From a bacterium (GTDB taxonomy: Bacteria > UBP18 > UBA7526): a stretch of DNA of 62,354 nucleotides. The stretch lies in the NCBI GenBank assembly GCA_030619985.1, contig JAUXAI010000003.1, forward strand, positions 1-62,354. Direction: 5' to 3'. Within the stretch, counting starts at the first letter, position 1. Each line of letters begins with the position of its first letter. This document shows positions 9,555-19,297 of the stretch, in pieces. Position numbers and translations under genes: made by a program. The notes beneath the pieces are model-generated. The model was given only the letters and a program-made list of their open reading frames with translations, had not been told where the DNA came from and ran no database searches.

Positions 9555-10013
9555 TTATTTTTCTACCCGGGTAACAATAAATATTCTACACTTAAAGGTT
9601 TTGGAAAGAATCCTTTCTAAGCGATACCAGAAGTCAGGAAAAGTATTATACTTCAGCCCTTTCTCTTCAATAATGCTAAAGCCGCATTCTTTCAATTTCC
9701 TTTTAGGGATAGCGAAGGTATATTGTAGAATAGTCCTTTTCCTGGTATTTAGTTCATTCATCCACTTTTCTTGACTCTTGATTATTTTTTTGATCCTTTG
9801 GACTATCCTTTCCCAATTCAATTCCCTCTCTACTCTCTGCCTTCCCTGTCTCCCTAATTTTCGGGCAAGTTCAGGATTAGTAAGTAATTTAATGAGTGGC
9901 TCTGCGATTTGATTGATATCAAAGGAGTCTACCAGTAGACCAGTTTCTCCATCGATAATGGCATCAGAGGTTCCTTCAGTCTTTCCACCAATGACCAGTT
10001 TGCTACAAGCATT
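9555..10013 (-). pseudogene. Truncated GT4 C-terminus fused to a methyltransferase-like tail
   Basis: From 10013 the frame reads NACSKLVIGGKTEGTSDAIIDGETGLL...ELNWER, paralogous to 10690-10923; it is preceded by an in-frame TAA and lacks the N-terminal domain. Confidence 0.8.
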
Positions 10014-10031
10014 TTACACTTAAAGAAAGGT

Positions 10032-10553
10032 TTATTTTTGTGCTTTAATATGTAGGTTGCCAACGATATGTGAACAACTCTCAATCTTTAATCCACACTT
10101 TATAAGCAATTCCTTCATAGTCTGCATTGTAAATCCTGCATAATGAAAGTTTTCTGGATAATCCTGTCCACCATATAGTCGCTTAATGAATTCACGGTCA
10201 GGCAAATTCATTCTGGCTAACTCTCTTACATCCGGACATTCAAGTATTAAAATACCTCCTTTTCTTAGACACTTAATCCATCTTTTTAAAATCTCTTCTA
10301 CTTCACCTTGCGGAAAATGTTCAATCACATCTATCGCTAATATTTCATCCACATTTGAATAATTCAGGTTTCTAATATCTGTAACCACATCAACGCCGGA
10401 AAGGGACCTAATATCAATATTTACATAACCCTCACGAATATGTTTACTACAACCTATATTAAGTCTCAAGCCCTTACCAGAAATAACTTTCCTTTTTCTT
10501 GGTAACTTGAACTTCGAAAAAATATTTAACATAATATCTTCTTTTTCCACCAA
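10032..10553 (-). CDS. SAM-dependent methyltransferase (small, glycan-associated)
   Basis: LRLNIGC...GYVNIDI...EILAIDVIEH...ECPD; start may be 10532. Confidence 0.8.
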   Translation of the reverse strand: MVEKEDIMLNIFSKFKLPRKRKVISGKGLRLNIGCSKHIREGYVNIDIRSLSGVDVVTDIRNLNYSNVDEILAIDVIEHFPQGEVEEILKRWIKCLRKGGILILECPDVRELARMNLPDREFIKRLYGGQDYPENFHYAGFTMQTMKELLIKCGLKIESCSHIVGNLHIKAQK

Positions 10554-10681
10554 AATATATATTGTTTCGAAAAGTATAGCGAAATTTTATTACTTTTAGC
10601 AATAAGTAAAGTCTTTGTAGCTTCTTGTTTATTATCTTATGGTTAGCAGAAGAGAAGACACTATAGCAAGGTGACCTCTCT

Positions 10682-11761
10682 CTAACTTCTGATTATTTTT
10701 CTGATTCTCTGGGCTATCCTTTCCCAATTCAATTCCCTCTCTACCCTCCATCTTCCTTGCTTCCCTAATTTTCGGGCAAGTCCAGGATTGGTGAGCAATT
10801 TAATAAGCACCTCTGCGATTTGATTGATATCAAAGGAATCTATTAGCAGGCCAGTTTCTCCATCGATAATGGCATCAGAGGTTCCTCCAATTCTTCCCCC
10901 AATAACTGGCTTTCCGCAGGCATTGGCCTCTGAGTACACAATGCCAAATCCCTCCATACTACTAAGCATAATAAAAACATCACAAGCAGTATAATACAGG
11001 GGGAGTTCCTTCTCATTCACTTTTCCAGTAAAGATTACTTTCTCCTCCAATTTTAAATTCTTTACTATTTTCCTCAGCGTTTCTTTCTCTTCGCCTTCGC
11101 CAACGATCAGATAAACGAGGTTTGGTATTTTCTTTAAAACTTGAGGTAGGGTCTTTAGGACTTTATCGTGACCTTTGTGATTGTCTAAACGGGAAATGGT
11201 TAGAATAACCTTCTTATCCTCCAAATGATGTCTTTCCATGATCGGGAAAGGATCAAGACCAGGATTAAATTTGACTGGATTCACACCAGGATGGACAACC
11301 ACAATCTTTTCCTCTGAGATACCGATTTCAGCCAATTTTTCTTTTGCAAAGTGACAGGCAGTAATTATTCTGTCAGCTCTTTTAAAACTCTTTTGAATGA
11401 TTTTTCTTCTTTCTGGGGGAAGGATTTCCTCCAGATAAATAATGATATTATAAGGAATCTTAAAAAGAAGATTTGATAAGGAGGCCAAGCGAACATAATG
11501 TGACCCATGAGCAATCAGGACCTTTTCTATTTTCTCTCTTTTTAATATGGAGAAAAAAGCGAGGCGGGAGATGGCTATCTTTTTAGTTCGAACTATCTTA
11601 AAGTTCTGTTTCCGATCAAACTCTGAATCTCTTTCTACTCCCGGTGCTAAGACAGTTACTTCTTCACCTAAAGAAGTAAGGTTCTTTGTTAACTCATAAC
11701 AATAGGCTTGAATCCCACCTATCTCAGGTAAAAAACCATTGGTAGCTAATAGAATTCTCAC
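10682..11761 (-). CDS. Glycosyltransferase family 4 (PimB-like), paralog 1
   Basis: TNGFLPEIGGIQ, EGFGIVYSEANACGKPVI. Confidence 0.9.
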   Translation of the reverse strand: MRILLATNGFLPEIGGIQAYCYELTKNLTSLGEEVTVLAPGVERDSEFDRKQNFKIVRTKKIAISRLAFFSILKREKIEKVLIAHGSHYVRLASLSNLLFKIPYNIIIYLEEILPPERRKIIQKSFKRADRIITACHFAKEKLAEIGISEEKIVVVHPGVNPVKFNPGLDPFPIMERHHLEDKKVILTISRLDNHKGHDKVLKTLPQVLKKIPNLVYLIVGEGEEKETLRKIVKNLKLEEKVIFTGKVNEKELPLYYTACDVFIMLSSMEGFGIVYSEANACGKPVIGGRIGGTSDAIIDGETGLLIDSFDINQIAEVLIKLLTNPGLARKLGKQGRWRVERELNWERIAQRIRKIIRS

Positions 11762-11763
11762 GA

Positions 11764-12864
11764 CTATTCTCTAATTATTCCTCTAATCTTTTCTGCCATT
11801 TTCTGCCAGTTCAATTCCTTTTCTACTCTCCTCCTCCCCTCTTCTCCTAACTTTCGGGCAACTTCCGGATTGGTGAGCAATTTAATCAATGCTTGGGCAA
11901 TCTGGTTGATATTTAAGGGGTCTACAAGGAGGCCAGTCTCACCATCGATGACAGCATCTGGAACTCCTCCACTCCTTCCCCCAATGACCGGCTTCCCACA
12001 GGCGTTGGCCTCTAAATAGGTAATGCCAAAACCTTCCACATCGCCTTTTTCCTTTATTTCATAGCTGGGCATAATGAATAAGTCGCAGGCCATGTAGTAT
12101 AAAGGGATTTCTTTCTCTTTCACCTTTCCCGCGAAGATCACCCTTCCCTCTAATTTTAGATCTCTCACCATTTCCCTTAGCGCTTCCTCCTCTTTCCCCT
12201 TACCGACAATTAAATAGATCAGGTGGGGCACCTTTTCTAAAACTTGGGGAAGGGCTTTTAAGACATTATGATGGCCTTTTCGTTTGACCAAATGGGAAAC
12301 GGTCAGGATGACCTTTTTGCCTTCGAGATTATACTTCTTCTTAATGGAGGAAGGATCGCACCTGGGATTAAATTTGATTGGGTTCACCCCGGGATAAATG
12401 ACCAAGATCTTCTTTTCTGGGATGCCAATCTCAATCAATTTCTCCTTTGTGAAGTTACTTATCGTGATAACCTTCTTGGCCCTTTCGAAGTTCTTCTGGA
12501 TCGATCTCTTTCTCCCTGGGATAAGGATCTCTCCTCCATAGACAATGATGTCATAAGGGATTTTTAAAAGAAGGTTTACCCAAGAGGCTAAACGGGCATA
12601 ATTCGCCCGATGGGCAACCAAAATCTTCTCTATCTTCTCTCTTTTTAGAATGGAGAAGAAGGTAAAATAGAGGCTAATTTTCTTTTTTATCCTGACTATC
12701 TTGAAGTTCTGCCTTTTATCAAACTCTGAATCTCCTTCTACTCTGGGTGCTAAAACGACTATCTCCTCACCTAAGGAAGTAAGATTCTTAGCCAACTCAT
12801 AGCAATAGGTTTGGATCCCTCCCACCTTCGGTGGAAAGTCATTTGTAGCTAACAGGATTCTCAT
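11764..12864 (-). CDS. Glycosyltransferase family 4 (PimB-like), paralog 2
   Basis: TNDFPPKVGGIQ, EGFGITYLEANACGKPVIGG. Confidence 0.9.
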   Translation of the reverse strand: MRILLATNDFPPKVGGIQTYCYELAKNLTSLGEEIVVLAPRVEGDSEFDKRQNFKIVRIKKKISLYFTFFSILKREKIEKILVAHRANYARLASWVNLLLKIPYDIIVYGGEILIPGRKRSIQKNFERAKKVITISNFTKEKLIEIGIPEKKILVIYPGVNPIKFNPRCDPSSIKKKYNLEGKKVILTVSHLVKRKGHHNVLKALPQVLEKVPHLIYLIVGKGKEEEALREMVRDLKLEGRVIFAGKVKEKEIPLYYMACDLFIMPSYEIKEKGDVEGFGITYLEANACGKPVIGGRSGGVPDAVIDGETGLLVDPLNINQIAQALIKLLTNPEVARKLGEEGRRRVEKELNWQKMAEKIRGIIRE

Positions 12865-14081
12865 CTCTTGTAATGCCTGATCACTTTTCTCACGGCATCC
12901 ATAACATCATTAATATCTTCTTCAGTCAATTTAGTAGACAAGGACAGGGATATCGTTCTATCTGAGATATATTCTGCATTGGGAAAGTCCCCTCGCTTAT
13001 AACCAAACCTCTTCTTGTAATAGGAAGAAAGATGAAGAGCAAGAAAGTGGATGCCGATCCCGATATTCTCTGCCTGCAAAGCAACAGCAAACTGATTTCT
13101 ATCACACTTTAATCTTTCCAACTTTAATAAAATAGTATAGAGATGGCGGGCGTGACGGATATTCTTCTCTTCGATAGGAGTTTCTATCTCTGGAATCTTT
13201 GCGAAGGCCTGATTATAGAGTCTGAAATACTTCTCCCTCATCTTCAGATTCTCTTCCACCCTTTTCAATTGATGAATCCCTAATGCCGCCTGAATATCCA
13301 TCATATTGTACTTATATCCCGGATAGAGAATATCATAGGGAGTGAATCCTTCCTGAGAATATCTCTTCCAGGCATCCTTTGAAAGACCATGGAGCCGTAA
13401 AACCCTTAGTTTTTTAGCCCATTCATCATTATTAGTGGTAAGCATCCCCCCTTCACCAGTAACCACATTCTTTGTGGCATAGAAACTGAAGGCAGTGAGA
13501 TGGCCGATATTTCCAATCTTTTTATTCTTATAGCGGGCTTCTACTGCATGGGCGGCATCCTCAATGACAAAGAGACTATTTTCTTTGGCGATCTTCATAA
13601 TCTCATCCATTCTGCATGGCCTTCCATATAGATGAACAGGGATGATGGCTTTCAGCCGAGTTCGGAGTTCGGAGTTCGGAGTTCGGAGTTTAAGGTAGTC
13701 TTGAATCTTATTAGGGTCAATATTACCGGTCTCTTTCTCCACATCAATAAACACCGGGGTGGCTCCCTGGTGGATGATAACATTTGCTGTCGAAGCAAAG
13801 GTTAAAGGGGAAGTAATCACCTTATCCCCCTTCCCAATCCTAGCAATCTCCAAAGCAAGGTGCAATCCTGCGGTACAGGAGTTCAAGGTAATGGCGTATT
13901 TACATCCGATATAATTCTTGAAATCTTCCTCGAATCTTGCCACTCTGGGCCCAGTGGAGAGCCAACCAGATTTTAAAGTTTTTACTACCTCTTCTATCTC
14001 CTTTTCTCTAATATCTGGTGCTCCAAAGACTAAGAATTTTTTTCTCACCGGCTTTCCCCCGAAAAGGGCCAATTTCTCCAT
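12861..14081 (-). CDS. DegT/DnrJ/EryC1/StrS PLP-dependent sugar aminotransferase
   Basis: SGWLSTGP, IEDAAHA, FSFYATKN (PLP lysine), GYKYNM. Confidence 0.93.
   Translation of the reverse strand: MEKLALFGGKPVRKKFLVFGAPDIREKEIEEVVKTLKSGWLSTGPRVARFEEDFKNYIGCKYAITLNSCTAGLHLALEIARIGKGDKVITSPLTFASTANVIIHQGATPVFIDVEKETGNIDPNKIQDYLKLRTPNSELRTRLKAIIPVHLYGRPCRMDEIMKIAKENSLFVIEDAAHAVEARYKNKKIGNIGHLTAFSFYATKNVVTGEGGMLTTNNDEWAKKLRVLRLHGLSKDAWKRYSQEGFTPYDILYPGYKYNMMDIQAALGIHQLKRVEENLKMREKYFRLYNQAFAKIPEIETPIEEKNIRHARHLYTILLKLERLKCDRNQFAVALQAENIGIGIHFLALHLSSYYKKRFGYKRGDFPNAEYISDRTISLSLSTKLTEEDINDVMDAVRKVIRHYKR
13658..13691. repeat. In-frame heptamer repeat (GAGTTCG)x4 plus a partial copy inside the DegT gene
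   Basis: Encodes KLRTPNSELRT. Confidence 0.92.
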
Positions 14082-14082
14082 T

Positions 14083-15222
14083 TTATACTATCCTTTCATA
14101 GACCTTGATTAGTTGCTCTCCATAGTTTTCCCAAGTATAATTTTCTATTTCTTCTCTGGCATTTGTGCCCATCGCCTTGATTTCCTGGGGCCTTTCGTAG
14201 AAATATAATATCTTCTCTTTCAATGCCTCAACATCCCTGATAGGAACAAGAAAGCCATCCTCACCATCTCTTACTAAAGAGCCGGAATTAAAGGTGGTGA
14301 TAACTGGTAGACCACAGGCCATGGCGATGTAATTGACTAAAGCAGAGCCCTCCTCAATGGAGGGGAAAACAAAGACGGAAGATTGACGGCAGATACTCTC
14401 TAAGTCATCACTCCAAGGGATATGTTTTAATGCTATTCTCTTTCGGTATTCCTCAAAAATCTTCCTAAAATCCTTTCCTATTCCTCCCACTAAGAGGAGT
14501 TCACTATTCTTTAATTTAAGTTCCAAAAAAGCCTTCAGGAGATACTGCGCTCCCTTGCGTAGAGAGATCTGTCCCATAAATAAAACCCGAAAGATTTTGT
14601 CCTTTTTTTCTCCCGGCTGATATTTCTCGATGTCTATTCCTAAGGGAATGAGGATCAATTGCTTTCTATCAAAACCTCTCTTTATAAAACTATCATAGAC
14701 AAATCGGGAAGGAACGCTTATATAGTCTGCTATTTCGTATTCCTTAAGACAGCGCTCGATAACTATATTTAACTCTGGCTCCAGTTTAATACCATAAGTT
14801 CTATATTCCTCTTTGATTAACTCCATCTGGGTAAGAATATGAGAAGAAGACCGCTCAACAATGGTTACTATTCCTCTTTTTTTGGCTTCTTTTAATGAAT
14901 AAAGGCACTGACTATTCCATCCGTGAAAGATGTCACATCCCTCTTTCAAAAGATTTCTAACTCGTCGATCGAAGTATAGATTCCTTAGATAATACCACCT
15001 CTTGGCATCGAGATAGGGAAGTTTTACTCTCTTGGGATAGAAGATGTTTACTATCCTATCCTTGTGTAACTCTACTTTGCTTCTGCCGATGGTAATTACT
15101 TTTTTTAAATAATTATGTGTATCTATTGCCTTGACTGCTTGATAGGCTAAACTCCCTATTCCCCCTTTTGTTAGAGGAGCACCCACGGCATAAATTACTT
15201 CCACTTCCCTCTCCTTGGACAC
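14083..15222 (-). CDS. Glycosyltransferase family 4
   Basis: VFVFPSIEEGSALVNYIAMACGLPVI. Confidence 0.88.
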   Translation of the reverse strand: MSKEREVEVIYAVGAPLTKGGIGSLAYQAVKAIDTHNYLKKVITIGRSKVELHKDRIVNIFYPKRVKLPYLDAKRWYYLRNLYFDRRVRNLLKEGCDIFHGWNSQCLYSLKEAKKRGIVTIVERSSSHILTQMELIKEEYRTYGIKLEPELNIVIERCLKEYEIADYISVPSRFVYDSFIKRGFDRKQLILIPLGIDIEKYQPGEKKDKIFRVLFMGQISLRKGAQYLLKAFLELKLKNSELLLVGGIGKDFRKIFEEYRKRIALKHIPWSDDLESICRQSSVFVFPSIEEGSALVNYIAMACGLPVITTFNSGSLVRDGEDGFLVPIRDVEALKEKILYFYERPQEIKAMGTNAREEIENYTWENYGEQLIKVYERIV

Positions 15223-15343
15223 AGATTCTCACAGATTGTTTACAGATTCACACAGATCACAGATATTGGATGCTTGATCCTTATTCTTGATAGTTTGATC
15301 GCTCGATAGCTACTCTGTTCACCGATCACTGTTCACTGACCAC
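15220..15343. repeat. Composite repeat tract: CACAGAT x5, CTTGAT-like units and CTGTTCA-like heptamers
   Basis: CACAGAT-like copies at 15220, 15230, 15241, 15251, 15258; ctgttca ccgatca ctgttca ctgacca overlaps the stop of the upstream GT. Confidence 0.8.
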
Positions 15344-16468
15344 TTCCTGGTAAGCTTCCAGTGTTTTCTCTACATTCTTATCGACAGTAAAATTCTCAGC
15401 TAAAATCCGAGCATTCTTGGCTAATTTATCTCTAAATCTATCGTCAAAAGTGAGTCTTGTTTTTTGAGCAATCTCGGAAGGATTTTGGGGATTCTCTAAA
15501 AGAAGTCCGCTCTCCCCTTCTGTAATAATCTCTGCTGCCCCGCTTGCTTTACTCACAATAATGGGAAGTCCACTGGCCAGGGTCTCAAGACAGACATTGC
15601 CAAAGGGTTCATAGATAGTAGGAAGAACGAAAAAGTCGCTTGCTACATAGAACTTTCTTAAGTCTTTTCTTTCCCCAGCAAAGATTATTCTATTTTTCAC
15701 TCCCAGCTTTTTTGCTAATCTAAAGTATGGTCTCTTTTTGCCCTTTGCTACCACTAAGACCTTTAGTGGTTTCTCTTCTTTCAAGAGAGAAATAGCCTCG
15801 ATTAAGTATTTTAAGCCCTTCCTCCTATAGCCACTCCCCACGAAGAGAATGAGGAATTCTTCCTCGCTAACGTTGAATTCTTTTCTTATCTCCTCTCTAA
15901 ATAATGTCTTGTTTTTGGGATGAAACTCTTCCAGGTCCACTCCATTATAGATGACCACAATATCTTCTGGTCGAACCCCATAATATTTTATGATTTCTTC
16001 TTTCCCCTCCTTTGATATAGCGATTATTTTTTTATAATTATTTTCTTTAAAGATTCTCTTTTCCAGGAAAAGGAGGCTTAAATGTAGAGGGTTGAGAAGG
16101 ATGGAGAGTCTGGCTATAGGATTGGGAGTAATCTCCAATAGCCGCTTCCTCCACTCCCTATGAACTCCATCTCCGGCGCGATAGATATCCTGATAGAGAG
16201 TTCGGTCGAAGCTATTAACGATATCAAATCTCTCCTCTTCCAATAATTTTTTCACATTATAGGCGAAACTCAATGCTTTAAGAAAAGAAGGACCTTTCAG
16301 GGTAGAAACCCTATGAAAGATAATCCCTTTTGGGGCACTGGGATCCCACTTTCTGGCAAAGACATGAACCTCGTGCCCCCTCTTTAATAAACCCTCTGCC
16401 AGATAACTCACATACCTCTCTGCTCCCCCATATTTATGATAACTTTGACGAATTAAGGCGATCTTCAT
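15326..16468 (-). CDS. Glycosyltransferase family 4 (WaaG/WabG-like)
   Basis: YGGAERY, IYRAGDGVH, FVLPTIYEPFGNVCLE. Confidence 0.88.
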   Translation of the reverse strand: MKIALIRQSYHKYGGAERYVSYLAEGLLKRGHEVHVFARKWDPSAPKGIIFHRVSTLKGPSFLKALSFAYNVKKLLEEERFDIVNSFDRTLYQDIYRAGDGVHREWRKRLLEITPNPIARLSILLNPLHLSLLFLEKRIFKENNYKKIIAISKEGKEEIIKYYGVRPEDIVVIYNGVDLEEFHPKNKTLFREEIRKEFNVSEEEFLILFVGSGYRRKGLKYLIEAISLLKEEKPLKVLVVAKGKKRPYFRLAKKLGVKNRIIFAGERKDLRKFYVASDFFVLPTIYEPFGNVCLETLASGLPIIVSKASGAAEIITEGESGLLLENPQNPSEIAQKTRLTFDDRFRDKLAKNARILAENFTVDKNVEKTLEAYQEVVSEQ

Positions 16469-16488
16469 GCTCTATCCTTCCCAAAAGA

Positions 16489-16517
16489 TTGTCTTTCTTT
16501 TTTCTTTATGATATAAT
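16489..16517 (+). promoter_or_regulatory. Putative sigma70 promoter for the plus-strand methyltransferase
   Basis: TTGTCT-17 bp-TATAAT with extended -10 TG. Confidence 0.7.
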
Positions 16518-16558
16518 GAATTGACATTTGGGGCTCAAATATTTTTAAGGAAAAGACT

Positions 16559-17299
16559 ATGGCCTTAGTAAAATCGGACTTAGAAAAATTAAAACATATA
16601 CATCGGATAGTACTAAATCTTTTAAAGGAGAAAGAGCTCGGGATACTTTTGGATGCTCCAGCAGGAAATGGTGCCTTGGCTAATTGTCTATCTAAAATTG
16701 GGTTCCAGGTTCACTGCTGCGACCTCTATCCTGAAAACTTCCAAGTTCCTCATCTTACCTGCCAGAGGGTAGATTTAAACAGAAAACTTCCCTATCCTGA
16801 TGACTACTTCCGGTATATAATCTGTTTAGAATCTATTCAATATTTAGAAAATCTTTACCACCTAATTCGCGAGTTTTATCGGATTCTCAAAAAGGAAGGA
16901 ATGCTTATTATCGCTCTACCCAACGTGCTGAATATTCAGTCTCGATTTAGATTTCTTATCCGCGGTGATCGTCGCTTTTTTAAACCACGCAGTCAACTCC
17001 CTACTGCCGCTGCCGAGTGGGCCAAGGTTACTATTAATCCAGTCTCCTTTCGAGAAGTTGAACTTGCTTTAGAAAGATATAAATATTCCATCACTACCAT
17101 ACTAGCCACGAAAATTGAGCCTAAAATTTATCTCTACTTTCCCCTAATTTGGTTTATTAGAATATTTACCTGGATTGATAATTTCTTTAGCACAGACAAA
17201 AGAAAAAAGTTATTTTATCAAACCCTAATTTCGAAAGAAGTTTTATTGGGCGAAAAACTGATCATTGTTGCCCAAAAGATTTTCGGATCTTTCCCTTAG
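16559..17299 (+). CDS. Class I SAM-dependent methyltransferase (only convincing plus-strand gene)
   Basis: LLDAPAGNG, VDLNRKLPY, ICLESIQY, IALPN; own promoter and RBS. Confidence 0.85.
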   Translation: MALVKSDLEKLKHIHRIVLNLLKEKELGILLDAPAGNGALANCLSKIGFQVHCCDLYPENFQVPHLTCQRVDLNRKLPYPDDYFRYIICLESIQYLENLYHLIREFYRILKKEGMLIIALPNVLNIQSRFRFLIRGDRRFFKPRSQLPTAAAEWAKVTINPVSFREVELALERYKYSITTILATKIEPKIYLYFPLIWFIRIFTWIDNFFSTDKRKKLFYQTLISKEVLLGEKLIIVAQKIFGSFP

Positions 17300-18409
17300 C
17301 GAATAGTATATTTTTTCTATTTGGGCAGCTCTATCTTCTGGAGTGAATCTCTCCATTAGTTTTCTTCCCGCTTCTCCCATTTTTCTCATCAGCTCCCTAT
17401 CCTTAAGGATTCTTACGATCGCTTCAGCTAAGGAATCAATTGCGTCTGGATTATCAATGAGTATCCCTTCCCTCCCATTCTTCATTATCTCCGGAATAGG
17501 TCCTACTTTGGTAGAGACTACGGGCTTCTCCATAGATAGGGCCTCCAAGACAGCGCGACAGGAGCCATCGGAGCCAGGGATTAAGAAGACTTCCATATCC
17601 AGAGAGGCTAAGATCTGGGAATAATCTTCATCCCGATAACCAGTAAAGATGACAGAATCGGAGATTTTCAATCTTTCGATCTCCTCCTTTAAAACTTTCT
17701 GATAACTGCCAATGCTTCCGATGAGAAGAAACTTTACTTTGGGAAACTCCTTTCTCACCCGAGGAATGGTTCTTAAAAGAGGAAGGTGCTTTCTATAAGG
17801 CTGTAAGGGAGCAACCATACCCACTACAGGGATATTTTCATCTATTTTGAATTCCTTTCTTATCTTATCTCCCGAAAGTTGGGGATTAAATTTATTGCTA
17901 TCTATTGCCCCATAGATGGTACTTATCTTTTCTGGTTCGATTCCCAAATCCTGGATAACCTTTTCTTCAATTGCTTTAGAAATAGCAATGATGTGATCTG
18001 TCTTATGGCGCAACATAAACCTTTCCTGAAAGTTGACCTTATCCAGGTCTGCCCTGTGGAGGGTGTAAACTAAGGGAACTCTCTTTTTAACGAAAGAGGC
18101 TAAGATATGGTCATAGCGAAAATGGGTATGGATGATATCAATTTTTTCCTTTTTTAGAACTCGGGGTAAGGTTGCCAAATTCTTAAGATAATTCAAGGGA
18201 TGAGATTTTCTATCGAGATTAAGGCTCTCTATCACTGGGATGCCTGCCTCACGAACCCTAGGAAGGAGCCTTCCTCTTCTCTTTATAACCCCAGCGAAAA
18301 AGGCTCTATGTTCCTTTTTGTTCAGTTCTCTCAAAAGGTTCAAAACCGATTCAGCTGGGCCGGTCCAGTTCTCATCGCTATAGAGATGAAGAATATTCAA
18401 ACCATTCAA
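17243..18409 (-). CDS. Glycosyltransferase family 4
   Basis: WTGPAES, GSDGSCRAVLEALSMEKPVV. Confidence 0.85.
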   Translation of the reverse strand: MNGLNILHLYSDENWTGPAESVLNLLRELNKKEHRAFFAGVIKRRGRLLPRVREAGIPVIESLNLDRKSHPLNYLKNLATLPRVLKKEKIDIIHTHFRYDHILASFVKKRVPLVYTLHRADLDKVNFQERFMLRHKTDHIIAISKAIEEKVIQDLGIEPEKISTIYGAIDSNKFNPQLSGDKIRKEFKIDENIPVVGMVAPLQPYRKHLPLLRTIPRVRKEFPKVKFLLIGSIGSYQKVLKEEIERLKISDSVIFTGYRDEDYSQILASLDMEVFLIPGSDGSCRAVLEALSMEKPVVSTKVGPIPEIMKNGREGILIDNPDAIDSLAEAIVRILKDRELMRKMGEAGRKLMERFTPEDRAAQIEKIYYSLRERSENLLGNNDQFFAQ

Positions 18410-19248
18410 GAAGCTCTCCCCTTCTCGGCAAGCACCCTTACCCGATCTCCTTTGCCCAAAATACTGACAGCAGGAGAAGCCAGGTTTTTTAGTAACCTCA
18501 AGGGTTGTCGCTTTAAGAAAGGGGCCCCGCCCTTTTTCTTGGGAAATTCAAACCCCCGGGTCTTTTTCCAAACTATCTGAAATCCGATTTTTTTTAATGC
18601 TCTCTCAAGAGTTTTTACGGTAAAGAAGTAGAAGTGATCCTTGGGGAAAAATTTTTTGTATGCTGGAAATAACTTTAGAGTGAGGCTATCATAGTTTGGG
18701 GTGTGAATATAGACCGCTCCTTTTGGGCGTAGAAGTTGATGGATTTTGGAGAGTGCCCCTATGGGGTCCTCAAGGTGCTCAATGACCATGTTCATAATGA
18801 CCAAGTCAAAATATTCTCTGGGTAGATCTATTTCTAATAAAGAGCCAGCAATAATATCCAGATTATAACGGTCTCGTCCATATCGGGCTGCAGGCTCAAA
18901 GTATTCTATTCCTTTCGCTTGCCAACCACAATCTCGGGCAGCATAAAGAAAGCCTCCCGAGGCACAACCGATCTCCAATAAACGATTAGTCTCTCTATAT
19001 TCTTCGAATTTTTTGAGATATTTTTTGTAGTAGTTCTGCTTGTCTGGAGAATACCCCTTTCTGGTGAAATAATCGACACCGGTTTCCATAACAGCAGGGT
19101 TCAATTCTTCGATTGACTTCGGTCGAGGATTAAGATAGATTAGACCGCAATGCTGACAGCGTACCCAAGAAAAACCATAGATCTCTACTAAAGGATGTGT
19201 TTTATTCCTGTGACATAGATTACATTTGACATAGACAGGCTGGCCCAT
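18406..19248 (-). CDS. SAM-dependent methyltransferase with N-terminal CxxC pairs
   Basis: CNLC, CQHC, LLEIGCASG, VIEHLEDP, HTPN. Confidence 0.88.
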   Translation of the reverse strand: MGQPVYVKCNLCHRNKTHPLVEIYGFSWVRCQHCGLIYLNPRPKSIEELNPAVMETGVDYFTRKGYSPDKQNYYKKYLKKFEEYRETNRLLEIGCASGGFLYAARDCGWQAKGIEYFEPAARYGRDRYNLDIIAGSLLEIDLPREYFDLVIMNMVIEHLEDPIGALSKIHQLLRPKGAVYIHTPNYDSLTLKLFPAYKKFFPKDHFYFFTVKTLERALKKIGFQIVWKKTRGFEFPKKKGGAPFLKRQPLRLLKNLASPAVSILGKGDRVRVLAEKGRAS

Positions 19249-19297
19249 TTATCCTCACCTTTTCAAAAACAATTCTCTCATCCTACACGGTAATGCT

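Noticed and set aside
9775-10923. GT duplicate as a DGR TR/VR pair
   Set aside because: In the part compared by eye, mismatches are transitions in both directions and not adenine-specific, as expected for ordinary paralog divergence.
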